From positions 19,950,642 through 20,014,641 of the forward strand of contig CP154954.1 in assembly GCA_039621445.1 (NCBI GenBank): a DNA stretch of 64,000 nucleotides, read 5' to 3'. Positions within the stretch are counted from its first letter, which is position 1. Every line of letters starts with the position of its first letter. Of this stretch, positions 47,703 through 64,000 are shown piece by piece. The DNA comes from Euglena gracilis. Taxonomy: Eukaryota. A program made the position numbers and the translations under genes. The notes under the pieces were generated by a model. That model saw nothing but the letters and a program-made list of their open reading frames with translations, was not told the DNA's origin and ran no database searches.

Positions 47703-50499
47703 TGGGGAATGATGCTCCAGGGGGGGTTTGCATAAACTGGGGGAGGCCCCTCAAATCTGCCTTCAAGGCATCCACCAGCAAAGCCCCTTGGTGGGGGTAT
47801 CGACAAACAAACTTGGGGAATTTTTTGTTGCTGGGTGTGCAAAACATGTCCACCTCTGGGGTGATTTCCTTTCTGAAAAACTGAAGAATTTGGTGAAAGA
47901 TGTTTAGGTTTAGGGTATAATCCCCTGGGTCCTTTTGCTCCCTGGTCAGGGAGTCTGCCAATTGCTCCTTTGTGGGAACCCAAACCACCTGCAAATTGAT
48001 TTGCTTTTCTTGGCAATGATACAGCAGGGGTTTTAAGATGGAATTTAGGTATGGCTTTTTGCCTCCCCATTTTGTTAAATAACTTACAGCCACCTGGCTG
48101 TCCACGTGGAGCACAATTGTTTGTTTTGGTTTGGCTAGTGCCTTTACTGTTTCCACTGCAGCCTGCAACTCTTTTTGATTGATATGAAGGACATGCAGGT
48201 CCCTCCAAAAATCCTGCACCTTTTGGCCTGAAGCTTTGTCCAGCCCCCCCCACTGCCAGGTGCTGCTGTCTGAAAAGAGCTCCTGAGAGGCCTGGGACTG
48301 AAATGCCCTGCGCACACCTGGCTGTAAAAAGGCTTTTAACTCCACAATTTGATCTTTGACCCCCTGGAGAATGGTCAGGGTGTGGTCCCAACCCCACTTT
48401 GTGTGCAAATCCACCATTTTGCAAAGTTGATCTGTCAGAATTCTGAGAAATGGCATTGAAACTAAATAGCTTCTGACTTGTCCCACAATAGAACTGAGTT
48501 TTCTGCAGCTCATTTTCTGTGCTGTGAGCACTTTGCCTAGCTCCTTTCTTAAGGATTTTAGTTTTTCCTGAGGAATTTCCAATTGGCCTTTTTTCAAATT
48601 GATCCATTGGCCCAAATGTTTTATTTCCTGTGTGGGTTCCAGACAGGATTTGGGGAGGTTTAATCTGAAACCTGCCAGTAAAAGGTCTGTTTTTACTTCT
48701 GCCAAATGTTGGGCTGCTGTCTTTTTGCTGGGGGCTAACAGCAAAATGTCGTCCAGGTAGATGAAAACTACCCTGCCTTCCTTTCTCCATTTTCTGTCCC
48801 AGACTCTCATAAGAGTCATAAATTTTTGTGGCAGGCTGCTTATACCAAAGCATGCAGCTTGAAATTGCCACGTTTCCCCCCCCACCTGCATGCACACATG
48901 TTTTTCCAGACTGCTGTGCAGTTTTAAGTGGAAATATGCATCTTTCAGGTCTATTTTTCCACAGAACCAACCTTTTCTTAGATATGGGAAGATGTTTCCC
49001 ATGTGTTCCAATCTGAATTTCTGGGGGGTGAAATGGAGATTTAACTGTCGACAATCTGAAATCAGTCTTTCCTTGGTCTTTTCCCCTTCCTTTTTGGAAA
49101 TGATAAAATAAGGGACAAAATGTTTTGCCTCCTGTGGGGTGATTTGCCTGGTTGCCCCTGCACATTCGTATTCTCTCAGAATTTTCTGGGCAGTCCTTAT
49201 TTCTTGGGGAGTTTTGAAGGGAACTTTTAAGGACATCTGAGGGGGGAGGGGAAGATCTGCCCTGACCCCTTCCCTTATCAGGTTTAATACCTCTGTGCTG
49301 GCTCCTGCCTTGACCCAATGGGGGATGCTGGCCTGCAGGGCCCTGTAGGGGGGCACCCCTGGGTATAATGTGTCTGGGGATTCCACAGGCCCCATCACTG
49401 GGGTCCTTTCCCCTGGCTGCCCCATCACTGGGGTCCATTCCCCTGGCTGCCCCATCACTGGGGTTGCCTCTGGCCCTGCCATAGGGCTGCTCAAAGACAG
49501 GCTTTCCCCCTGTTTTTGAAAGATGGGGGAAGGTCTGTGGTGGGGAGGTACATATAATGCTGGGGGGTGAGGGCTGATTACCTTCTGGGGGGGCCCTGGT
49601 GTAGCCAATCTTGGGCCTCCCCCCCAAGGGCTGATATCTTGAATGTACTGGCCTCCAGTGGCCACCTGAATTTGCTTGAAATGGCCTCCATTGGCCTTGA
49701 TATCTTGATTGTAATGGCCTCCATTGGCCTTCAGGGCCATCTGGCCTTCTTGGTCTCCATTGACCTTCTCTCCAGCACTTTTCTTGTGTCTTCTTTTTCC
49801 CTCTTGGTTCCCCAGATGAGCCACCATGGCTGAATTGTTCTGAGGGGTTTGATGCCACCTGTCTTGGCTGTGGCTTGCTTCCCCTGGGGGGAATGATTTT
49901 GAGGGTTCTGGGGGGATAGTTGGACATACCTCTCCCCACTGGGGTCCCCTGCTGGGATTCTGGGTTCTGTGTCCTTGAGAATGGGCACCATGCCCTTTTG
50001 AATGATGGCTGCCATAGCCTTGGGCCCCAGGCCCTGTAGATAGATGGCCGCCATGGCCATTTTGAGGAGGGTTTCCACCTTCCTGACTTGAACCCTTTGA
50101 ACTTGTCATATTTCCCCTGCCATAGGGGTGGGGATGAGAAGGGGGATGGGTAGTCTGCCAGACCTGTTTTTCCCGCTCCTGACAATGTTTCCTTGATTGA
50201 TGACTGTGATGGGTCCCCATGACCCAATGGGCCTTGCCCTGGATGGCTCCTCTGACGCTTTGCTCTGACCACGAGTGTCCAGGGTCCATGGCCGTCACAA
50301 AAGCTTTGTTGAAAACAGGAAATTTCTGACGAACTGGGGGGCGGAAGGGTTGCGACGGCCACGGACGGACGTGTTGGCCCTGCTCCATCAGGTACTCCAG
50401 CGCCTGCAGTTCCTCGGTGTTTTCCAGCTTCGGCTGTCTGTCTTGAACGTCCTTGTGTTCCCACTTCCTCTTGACAGCTTGAAATTTTTTCCAACACAT
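47686..50499 (-). CDS. Reverse transcriptase-RNase H (-methyltransferase) polyprotein; the MT half continues to 47438 after a 1-nt frameshift at ~47741
   Basis: KIDLKDAYFH, FGISSLP, IYLDDILL; LFSDSS, HINQKELQA, VDSQ, LADSLTR; VDMF then YANPPW in the adjacent frame. Confidence 0.93.
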   Translation of the reverse strand: MCWKKFQAVKRKWEHKDVQDRQPKLENTEELQALEYLMEQGQHVRPWPSQPFRPPVRQKFPVFNKAFVTAMDPGHSWSEQSVRGAIQGKAHWVMGTHHSHQSRKHCQEREKQVWQTTHPPSHPHPYGRGNMTSSKGSSQEGGNPPQNGHGGHLSTGPGAQGYGSHHSKGHGAHSQGHRTQNPSRGPQWGEVCPTIPPEPSKSFPPGEASHSQDRWHQTPQNNSAMVAHLGNQEGKRRHKKSAGEKVNGDQEGQMALKANGGHYNQDIKANGGHFKQIQVATGGQYIQDISPWGGGPRLATPGPPQKVISPHPPALYVPPHHRPSPIFQKQGESLSLSSPMAGPEATPVMGQPGEWTPVMGQPGERTPVMGPVESPDTLYPGVPPYRALQASIPHWVKAGASTEVLNLIREGVRADLPLPPQMSLKVPFKTPQEIRTAQKILREYECAGATRQITPQEAKHFVPYFIISKKEGEKTKERLISDCRQLNLHFTPQKFRLEHMGNIFPYLRKGWFCGKIDLKDAYFHLKLHSSLEKHVCMQVGGETWQFQAACFGISSLPQKFMTLMRVWDRKWRKEGRVVFIYLDDILLLAPSKKTAAQHLAEVKTDLLLAGFRLNLPKSCLEPTQEIKHLGQWINLKKGQLEIPQEKLKSLRKELGKVLTAQKMSCRKLSSIVGQVRSYLVSMPFLRILTDQLCKMVDLHTKWGWDHTLTILQGVKDQIVELKAFLQPGVRRAFQSQASQELFSDSSTWQWGGLDKASGQKVQDFWRDLHVLHINQKELQAAVETVKALAKPKQTIVLHVDSQVAVSYLTKWGGKKPYLNSILKPLLYHCQEKQINLQVVWVPTKEQLADSLTREQKDPGDYTLNLNIFHQILQFFRKEITPEVDMFCTPSNKKFPKFVCRYPHQGALLVDALKADLRGLPQFMQTPPGASFPNGFRD

Positions 50500-50738
50500 C
50501 TTTCATTGAATTCCGTTGAACACGTGTTTGATTTTTGAATGTCTTTATCTTCAGTATTGACCGCACTCGTAGCGTTGAAATTCTTTCTCCTTGAGGTCGA
50601 AGGGCAGAAATAGTAATCAGCCAACTCCGGCAACAAAAAGCAGTAAGAAGCACCCCCGCGCACGCACAAACACAGAACAGAACAGCCGGCAAGGAAAGCA
50701 GGACCTCACCATCTCGCAGTGCGGAGCCCGAATGGTCT

Positions 50739-51742
50739 TGGCGGATAACGTCCTTCGAAAACATCAGGTGGCAACGTACGCAGAGAAACTGACATTCGAG
50801 GATGAAGCTGTATTCAACAATTTGTTGGGAGACTTGTTCTTCAACGAGGGCAATGTGGCGAAATCATTGGCAGAATCGTCCCCGGAATCCCTCGTTGCCG
50901 TCACCGAGGCCGGGCAAAAATGGCTTGGCGGCGGAGGGCACACTACGAAGCGTGCAAAGAAGGTCCACGAGCTGACGCAGGTGGCGATGGTCCCCATTCA
51001 GGTCGGAGACTACAGGAATTAGTTCTTGTACTCGGTGGCGTTATCAGGCAGCGTGGAGGTACCAGTGATCGACTTGGGGCAGACGGCAGCGGAGGTGGCG
51101 TTCAAGTTTGCTGACCGCTGGCTGGACAAGAGTTCGAAGAAAGACAAGGGGATGACGCAGAGAGCGGAACGGTCCGCGATGGAGGAGGACGCCGGAGACG
51201 ACGAGGAGGACAACAAAAACGACGAGGCGGACGAACGGCTCCCCTGGCAGGAGGAACTGGCGCCGGCGCCAGAGCTGGCAGCGTGCCTTCGGCACGCCGA
51301 AAAAGGAGATCAACTACCGTGGAAAATGGTGCTGAGGTAGCTACCAAGGAGTCAGGGGATAAAAGTAAGAGCGGAAGATAATAATCATGGTTCAGATGGA
51401 AAACGGGCCTGGGACAAGCAGCTGAAGGCGTTGCAACAAAAAATGCTGCAGCTGGAGAGGATGGTGGCATTCCTGTATGGAAGTGTTGATACAGATTATC
51501 AAGTATTGGCACAAAAACTTTTTTTTTTTGCTGTGGCAGAGCTGGAGCAGAAGCTGCTGAAGGAGTGGAAGAAATGCAGCATTCCTGGGGAAATCCCAAG
51601 TACAAACAACGGGCTGTTCTCCAAGGAAGATTTGGCAGTTGACAAATCCCAAAGGGCTCTGAATCAAGCAGGCTTGGCACCAACCTTCTCCAGATATTCC
51701 GTGTCTCACTTTCCCATTCCCTCAGGGAACAAAGGATTTTAG
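50739..51742 (+). pseudogene. Gag-like ORF of an internally deleted DIRS relative (copies ~52631-53635, ~54527-55535)
   Basis: One frame from VLRKHQVATY to LPWKMVLR*LPRSQGIK..DKQLKALQQKMLQLERM..LFSKED with TAG stops; lies between ITRs homologous to the DIRS ITRs; gag identity is inferred from position. Confidence 0.6.
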
Positions 51743-52527
51743 TTCAAACTTTGGATAGGAAAAGGCTATGGCACATACTTCGAAAGGCCGGGAGCCACTG
51801 AGGTTCACCTTCGGCAAGTCGGTGTCGGAGAGCACATCATCGCCAACTCCGGCACCAAAGTCGAAGTAAGAAGCACCCCGCCTAGAAGAACACAAAAACA
51901 ACAAAATAGCCGGCACAGAAAGCAGGATCTCACCCCCCTATTGTGCTCAGCCCGCGTGGTCACTTCCTCCCTGGTCAGACTTCCCGGGAGTAAACCCCCC
52001 CAAAATAAAACCCCCCGTTGTGTTATTTGGGCACCCGAACTGGAGGTCCAGGGGGGGTGTTATTCGGGGGGGGGGGTTATTCGGGCACCACTCCCTGAAC
52101 AGGTTCTTCCCAAACAATGTCTGATATCAGTGTCGAGGATACCCATTGAAGGCCCAGCAGTGGGTAAAAAGACAAACGACAACAGAATACCATTCCGTTG
52201 TCATCTTCCAAAAAACCCAATAAATTTCAGGTTTGGGTATTAAAAAAAAATCCCCAAGCATGGCAAGCCCAGCCCGCAACGCGAAGGCCGCTTGCATGTC
52301 CAGATGAAATCAGTGGCAAGGGCCAGCAGAAAACAGGCATTGTAAAGCCAGGACTGTACTTCCAGGGGCCAGGACTGCACTTCCGGGGCCACGCCGGACG
52401 GGGGGGAGAAAGTACCAGGCCAGCAGTGCACAAGAAGACCCAGGCGGCGCCAGTTCCCCAAAAATCTTGACTCCTGGCGGGGCACAAGGGACAAAATTGC
52501 ACAGTGGAAAGGAATGGTTTCCTCAAA

Positions 52528-53885
52528 AGACTATTCGAGCTTTGCACACTCCTGCTTTGTGTGCCAGCTGTTTTGTTGTCTTTGTGTTCTTCTTGGCGGG
52601 GTGCTTCTTACTGCTTTTTGGTGCCGGAGTTGGTGGATAACGTCCTTCGAAAACATCAGGTGGCAACGTACGCAGAGAAACTGACATTCGAGGATGAAGC
52701 TGTATTCAACAATTCGTTGAGAGAGTTGTTCTTCAACGAGGGCAATGTGGCGAAATCATTTGCAGAATCGTCCCCGGAATCCCTCGTTGCCGTCACCGAG
52801 GCCGGGCAAAAATGGCTTGGCGGCGGAGGGCACACTACGAAGCGTGCAAAGAAGGTCCACGAGCTGACGCAGGTGGCGATGGTCCCCATTCAGGTCGGAG
52901 ACTACAGGAATTCGTTCTTGTACTCGGTGGCGTTATCAGGCAGCGTGGAGGTACCAGTGATCGACTTGGGGCAGACGGCAGCGGAGGTGGCGTTCAAGTT
53001 TGCTGACCGCTGGCTAGAAAAGAGTTCGAAGAAAGACAAGGGGATGACGCAGAGAGCGGAACGGTCCGCGATGGAGGAGGACGCCGGAGACGACGAGGAG
53101 GACAACGAAAACGACGAGGCGGACGAACGGCTCCCCTGGCAGGAGGAACTGGCGCCAGCGCCAGAGCTGGCAGCGTGCCTTCGGCACGCCGAAAAAGGAG
53201 ATCGACTACCGTGGAAAATGGTGCTGAGGTAGCTACCAAGGAGTCAGGGGATAAAAGTAAGAGCGGAAGATAATAATCATGGTTCAGATGGAACAGGGGC
53301 CTGGGACAAGCAGCTGAAGGCGTTGCAACAAAAAATGCTGCAGCTGGAGAGGATGGTGGCATTCCTGTATGGAAGTGTTGATACAGATTATCAATTATTG
53401 GCACAAAAACTGTTTTTTTTTTGCTGTGGCAGAGCTGGAGCAGACGCTGCTGAAGGAGTGGAAGAAACGCAGCATTCCTGGGGAAATCCCAAGTACAAAC
53501 AACGGGCTGTTCTCCAAGGAAGATGTGGCAGTTGACAAAGCCCAAAGGGCTCTGAATCAAGCAGGCTTGGCACCAGCCTTCTCCAGATATTCCATGTCTC
53601 ATTTTCCCATTCCCTCAGGGAACAAAGGATTTTAGTTCAAACTTTGGAAAGGAAAAGGCTATGGCACATACTTAGAAAGGGCGGGAGCCACTGAGGTTCA
53701 CCTTCGGCAAGTCGGTGTCGGAGAGCACATCATCGCCAACTCCGGCACCAAAGTCGAAGTAAGAAGCACCCCGCCTAGAAGAACACAAAAACAACAAAAT
53801 AGCCGGCACAGAAAGCAGGATCTCACCCCCCTATTGTGCTCAGCCCGCGTGGTCACTTCCTCCCTGGTCAGACTTCCCGGGAGTA
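52528..53885 (+). mobile_element. 1.36-kb gag-only DIRS derivative (also ~45991-51992 interrupted, ~54423-55783)
   Basis: Left end agactattcgagctttgcac resembles agaccattcgggctccgcac; inverted repeat ~52549-52633/53735-53820; right end ..tggtcacttcctccc..gggagt resembles the DIRS right terminus; no ICR seen. Confidence 0.8.
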
Positions 53886-55922
53886 AACCCCCCCAAAATA
53901 AAACCCCCCGTTGTGTTATTTGGGCACCCGAACTGGAGGTCCAGGGGGGGTGTTATTCGGGGGGGGGGGGGGTTATTCGGGCACCACTCCCTGAACAGGT
54001 TCTTCCCAAACAATGTCTGATATCAGTGTCGAGGATACCCATTGAAGGCCCAGCAGTGGGTAAAAAGACAAACGACAACAGAATACCATTCCGTTGTCAT
54101 CTTCCAAAAAACCCAATAAATTTCAGGTTTGGGTATTAAAAAAAAATCCCCAAGCATGGCAAGCCCAGCCCGCAACGCGAAGGCCGCTTGCATGTCCAGA
54201 TGAAATCAGTGGCAAGGGCCAGCAGAAAACAGGCATTGTAAAGCCAGGACTGTACTTCCAGGGGCCAGGACTGCACTTCCGGGGCCACGCTGGACGGGGG
54301 GGAGAAAGTACCAGGCCAGCAGTGCACAAGAAGACCCAGGCGGCGCCAGTTCCCCAAAAATCTTGACTCCTGGCGGGGCACAAGGGACAAAATTGCACAG
54401 TGGAAAGGAATGGTTTCCTCAAAAGACTATTCGAGCTTTGCACACTCCTGCTTTGTGTGCCAGCTGTTTTGTTGTCTTTGTGTTCTTCTTGGCGGGGTGC
54501 TTCTTACTGCTTTTTGGTGCCGGAGTTGGTGGATAACGTCCTTCGAAAACATCAGGTGGCAACGTACGCAGAGAAACTGACATTCGAGGATGAAGCTGTA
54601 TTCAACAATTCGTTGAGAGAGTTGTTCTTCAACGAGGGCAATGTGGCGAAATCATTTGCAGAATCGTCCCCGGAATCCCTCGTTGCCGTCACCGAGGCCG
54701 GGCAAAAATGGCTTGGCGGCGGAGGGCACACTACGAAGCGTGCAAAGAAGGTCCACGAGCTGACGCAGGTGGCGATGGTCCCCATTCAGGTCGGAGACTA
54801 CAGGAATTCGTTCTTGTACTCGGTGGCGTTATCAGGCAGCGTGGAGGTACCAGTGATCGACTTGGGGCAGACGGCAGCGGAGGTGGCGTTCAAGTTTGCT
54901 GACCGCTGGCTAGAAAAGAGTTCGAAGAAAGACAAGGGGATGACGCAGAGAGCGGAACGGTCCGCGATGGAGGAGGACGCCGGAGACGACGAGGAGGACA
55001 ACGAAAACGACGAGGCGGACGAACGGCTCCCCTGGCAGGAGGAACTGGCGCCAGCGCCAGAGCTGGCAGCGTGCCTTCGGCACGCCGAAAAAGGAGATCG
55101 ACTACCGTGGAAAATGGTGCTGAGGTAGCTACCAAGGAGTCAGGGGATAAAAGTAAGAGCGGAAGATAATAATCATGGTTCAGATGGAACAGGGGCCTGG
55201 GACAAGCAGCTGAAGGCGTTGCAACAAAAAAAAAATGCTGCAGCTGGAGAGGATGGTGGCATTCCTGTATGGAAGTGTTGATACAGATTATCAATTATTG
55301 GCACAAAAACTGTTTTTTTTTTGCTGTGGCAGAGCTGGAGCAGACGCTGCTGAAGGAGTGGAAGAAACGCAGCATTCCTGGGGAAATCCCAAGTACAAAC
55401 AACGGGCTGTTCTCCAAGGAAGATGTGGCAGTTGACAAAGCCCAAAGGGCTCTGAATCAAGCAGGCTTGGCACCAGCCTTCTCCAGATATTCCATGTCTC
55501 ATTTTCCCATTCCCTCAGGGAACAAAGGATTTTAGTTCAAACTTTGGAAAGGAAAAGGCTATGGCACATACTTAGAAAGGGCGGGAGCCACTGAGGTTCA
55601 CCTTCGGCAAGTCGGTGTCGGAGAGCACATCATCGCCAACTCCGGCACCAAAGTCGAAGTAAGAAGCACCCCGCCAAGAAGAACACAAAACAACAAAACA
55701 GCCGGCACAGAAAGCAGGATCTCACCCCCCTCTTGTGCTCAGCCCGCGTGGTCACTTCCTCCCTGGTCAGACTTCCCGGGAGTAAACCCCCCCAAAATAA
55801 AACCCCCCGTTGTGTTATTTGGGCACCCGAACTGGAGGTCCAGGGGGGGTGTTATTTGGGGGGGGGGTTATTCGGGCACCACCCCCTGAACAGGTTCTTC
55901 CCAAACAATGTCTGAGATCAGT

Positions 55923-56685
55923 GTCGAGGATACCTTGTCCAGGAGTGCATCCCTGGTATCTGGGTCTTTGCGGAAGAATCCCAAAAAGAATTATTTCCAG
56001 AACCATCCAGTGTGCAAGAGGAGGAAGAAGAAAACCAAGGTTTTTCTGTGGCTGCCTCGCAAGTCGGAATGCGTTGCAAAATGCGGTCAGCCCATTTTTG
56101 AAAAAAAGAGCAATTTTGGAGTACGAAGCAATTAACCCCAAGAGCATGTCGTTCAGAAGCAACGAGTTACCCTGGCACGCTTGCGCCGCAAAGCTCTGGA
56201 GATATGCCCAACATATGGTGTCCCAAAACGCAACTTGACAGCCAAGTGGTTCTCTGGCTTCCGTCGGAGGTATTTTTTGCAAGCAACGTCAGGGCTGAAA
56301 AAAATTGTTCTTTATAGGCACAATATAGCCGACAGCAAGGAGAAGCGCCTTCTCAATATTTCGGAACAGGCAATGCTTGAAAGAGCTCAGGATTTCCATG
56401 GCTATATGAGCAAAATCTGGGAGGTGTTCAGATTCCCAATCTCGCACGTGGCGAACATGGACGAAACCCCGTTGTCTTTCACGGGGTCTTCCAAGTCGCT
56501 TCGCAGCCTCACAGTGAAAGGCATGGACAACGTTGTTGGTATGGATTTTGTTCCATCAAAGACTTACAGTCTGTTTCTTTGCAGGACCTAACCCGTTCAC
56601 CGAGGCAGACCACAAAAAGAGTGCAACGTTGATCATCACTTTCTGCGCGAAAAGCCAGAAAATGAAACCAACGCCAAGGGGGCAG
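55923..56685 (+). pseudogene. pogo/Tigger-like DDE transposase fragment, with 46-nt GT-AG intron 56539-56584
   Basis: AKWFSGFRRRY (CENP-B HTH-like), VANMDETPLSF, LTVKG, KKSATLIITFCAKSQKMKP; frameshifted and truncated. Confidence 0.8.
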
Positions 56686-57223
56686 GTGTGTACCAGGCAG
56701 CATGAACACCATGACACTGTGCATAGCAGCAATCTGCAGAATGTACAGTGGCATGCCAGATAGTACCATTCCAGGTTCTGCAATACAAATTGCTGAATTA
56801 GGAATGGCCTATCCTATCTCGGATCTGCCTTTCTTTCTCTTCACAGGTGGTATTATTTTATTCTTGTCATGAATAGCCTGATCAAAGGCAATTTCAAGCT
56901 CAAATCTCCGATAGGAGAACATTTGTGGAAGTAGTTTTCAAAAATCACACCTGGTTTGCCTTGTGCTCTGCATAAGCCCAAAGGCAATAAAAACTAATAG
57001 TTAAGCGAAAGAATTTTACTTTTGTTACTCTCCTGGTTCTGTTCCCACGGGAGGGTTTAAGTAGGCCCACAGGCAGTGGGAATAGAGTCAGGGGACTACA
57101 CTTGGTAGCAGATTCGGTTCCTTTCCTACGCCCCTTCTCCCCCCCATCTTAACAGGTGACTTCAAGCAGTGAGTGGTGCTGAGCCTATAAACTACAAAGC
57201 ATGCACGCTGTTCGGAGCCAACA

Positions 57224-57986
57224 TGTCGAGGATACCTTGTCCAGGAGTGCATCCCTGGTATCTGGGTCTTTGCGGAAGGATCGGGAAAATAATTTTTTTC
57301 GGAACCATCCAGTGTGCAAAAGGAGGAAGAAGAAAACCAAGGTTGTTCTGTGGCTGCCTCGCAAGCCGGAAAGCGTTGCAAAATGCGGTCAGCCCATTTG
57401 TGAAAAAAAGAGCAATTTTGGAGTGCGAAGCAATTAACCCAAAGAGCATGTCGTTGAGAAGCAACGAGACACCCTGGCACGCTTGCGCCGCAAAGCTCTG
57501 GAGATATGCCCAACATATGGTGTCCCAAAACGCAACTTGACAGCCAAGTGGTTCTCTGGCTTCCGTCGGAGGTATTTTTTGCAAGCAACGTCAGGGCTGA
57601 CAAAATTTTTCTTTATAGGCACAAGATAGCCGACAACAAGGAGAAGCGCCTTCTCAAGATTTCGGAACGGGCAATGCTTGAAAGAGCTCAGGATTTCCAT
57701 GGCTATATGAGCAAAATCTGGGAGGTGTTCAGATTACCAATCTCGCACGTGGCGAACATGGACGAAACCCCGTTGTCTTTCACGGGGCCTTCCAAGCCGC
57801 TTCGTAGCCTCACAGTGAAAGGCATGGACAACGTTGTTGGTATGGATTTTTTTCCATCAAAGACTTACAGTCTGTTTGTTTGCAGGACCTAACCCGTTCA
57901 CCGAGGCAGACCACAAAAAGAGTGCAACGTTGATCATCACTTTCTGCGCGAAAAGCCAGAAAATGAAACCAACGCCAAGGGGGCAG
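57224..57986 (+). pseudogene. Second pogo-like transposase fragment (tandem duplicate)
   Basis: Near-identical to 55923-56685, including NMDETP. Confidence 0.8.
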
Positions 57987-58380
57987 GGCACGTAAGTTTT
58001 TACATCTAATCATCTATTAGCGCTCCCCACCATTCAGTGTCCCCTGAAATCCCGCCAAGTGTCCCGCTGAAGCTCACATGGAACTTGAGGATCTATTTTT
58101 ACATCAGCTAACCACCCCTGCTCCAAAGCCTAAGCCCAAGGTGTTCCGTCAATCGGTTCTGACCTTCAAAAAATAACCAGGATGTGGACAGTGTCTGCTT
58201 GAGCACTCCTGGACAAGGAATCTGTCTGCTTATGCACGTTGTGCACAGGGTGGGGGGTGTTATTTGGGCCCTCGAAATCAGCCCCCAATGGGGGTGTGTT
58301 ATTTGGCGGTGTAATTGGGGGGGGGTTATTTGGGAGTGGGATTTACTCGAAATTGGCCAGACCTTTCATGTCGCCTTTTG

Positions 58381-64000
<5,620 letters not shown>

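Larger units (their letters stand above)
46095..50737 (-). mobile_element. DIRS1-like tyrosine recombinase retrotransposon
   Basis: RT, RNaseH, MT and YR motifs; non-identical ITRs (core 46151-46247 vs 50620-50713); ICR 46470-46571; empty site visible in array units 2 and 3; no TSD. Confidence 0.95.
45613..55934 (+). repeat. Tandem array of three ~1.9-kb units (starts ~45615, ~52142, ~54038); unit 1 is interrupted by the DIRS element
   Basis: Each unit begins cccattgaaggcccagcagtggg and ends cagtgtcgaggatacc; period 1896 between units 2 and 3. Confidence 0.95.

Noticed and set aside
49389-49463. 30-bp tandem repeat in the pol N-terminus
   Set aside because: Ordinary in-frame expansion in a low-complexity linker.
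46151-50713. Recombinase-driven invertible cassette
   Set aside because: The inverted repeats are the element's ITRs, and empty sites show insertion rather than inversion.
45987-50764. Prokaryotic RT plus integrase/methylase (retron, DGR or prophage)
   Set aside because: ITR/ICR architecture and domain order are those of eukaryotic DIRS1-like elements.

Overview
Eukaryotic, repeat-rich genomic DNA with short GC-rich exons, long (TG)n/(CA)n and G/C tracts, and a mixture of GT-AG and non-GT-AG introns. The non-GT-AG introns match the euglenid 'nonconventional intron' pattern, so a Euglena-like host is inferred, not proven. All gene models were spliced by hand. Genes (+ strand): the last exon of a TMEM230/TMEM134-like gene, a ~174-aa hypothetical gene, two tandem RbgA/YlqF/MTG1-type circularly permuted GTPase paralogs, a small coiled-coil gene, and a duplicated 5' part of the second GTPase. 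Mobile DNA: many CAG...CTG MITEs with 8-bp target-site duplications (TSDs), a Mutator-like foldback element, a DIRS1-like tyrosine-recombinase retroelement (RT-RNaseH-methyltransferase, YR, ITRs, ICR) inserted into a related gag-only element in a 3-unit tandem array, and pogo-like transposase relics. Main finding: several nonconventional introns are themselves whole MITE insertions. Removing 3 nt before the CAG end and 5 nt after the CTG end deletes exactly one 8-bp TSD copy and restores the protein. Related MITEs also lie free in non-coding DNA, which points to a transposon-driven intron-generating system.
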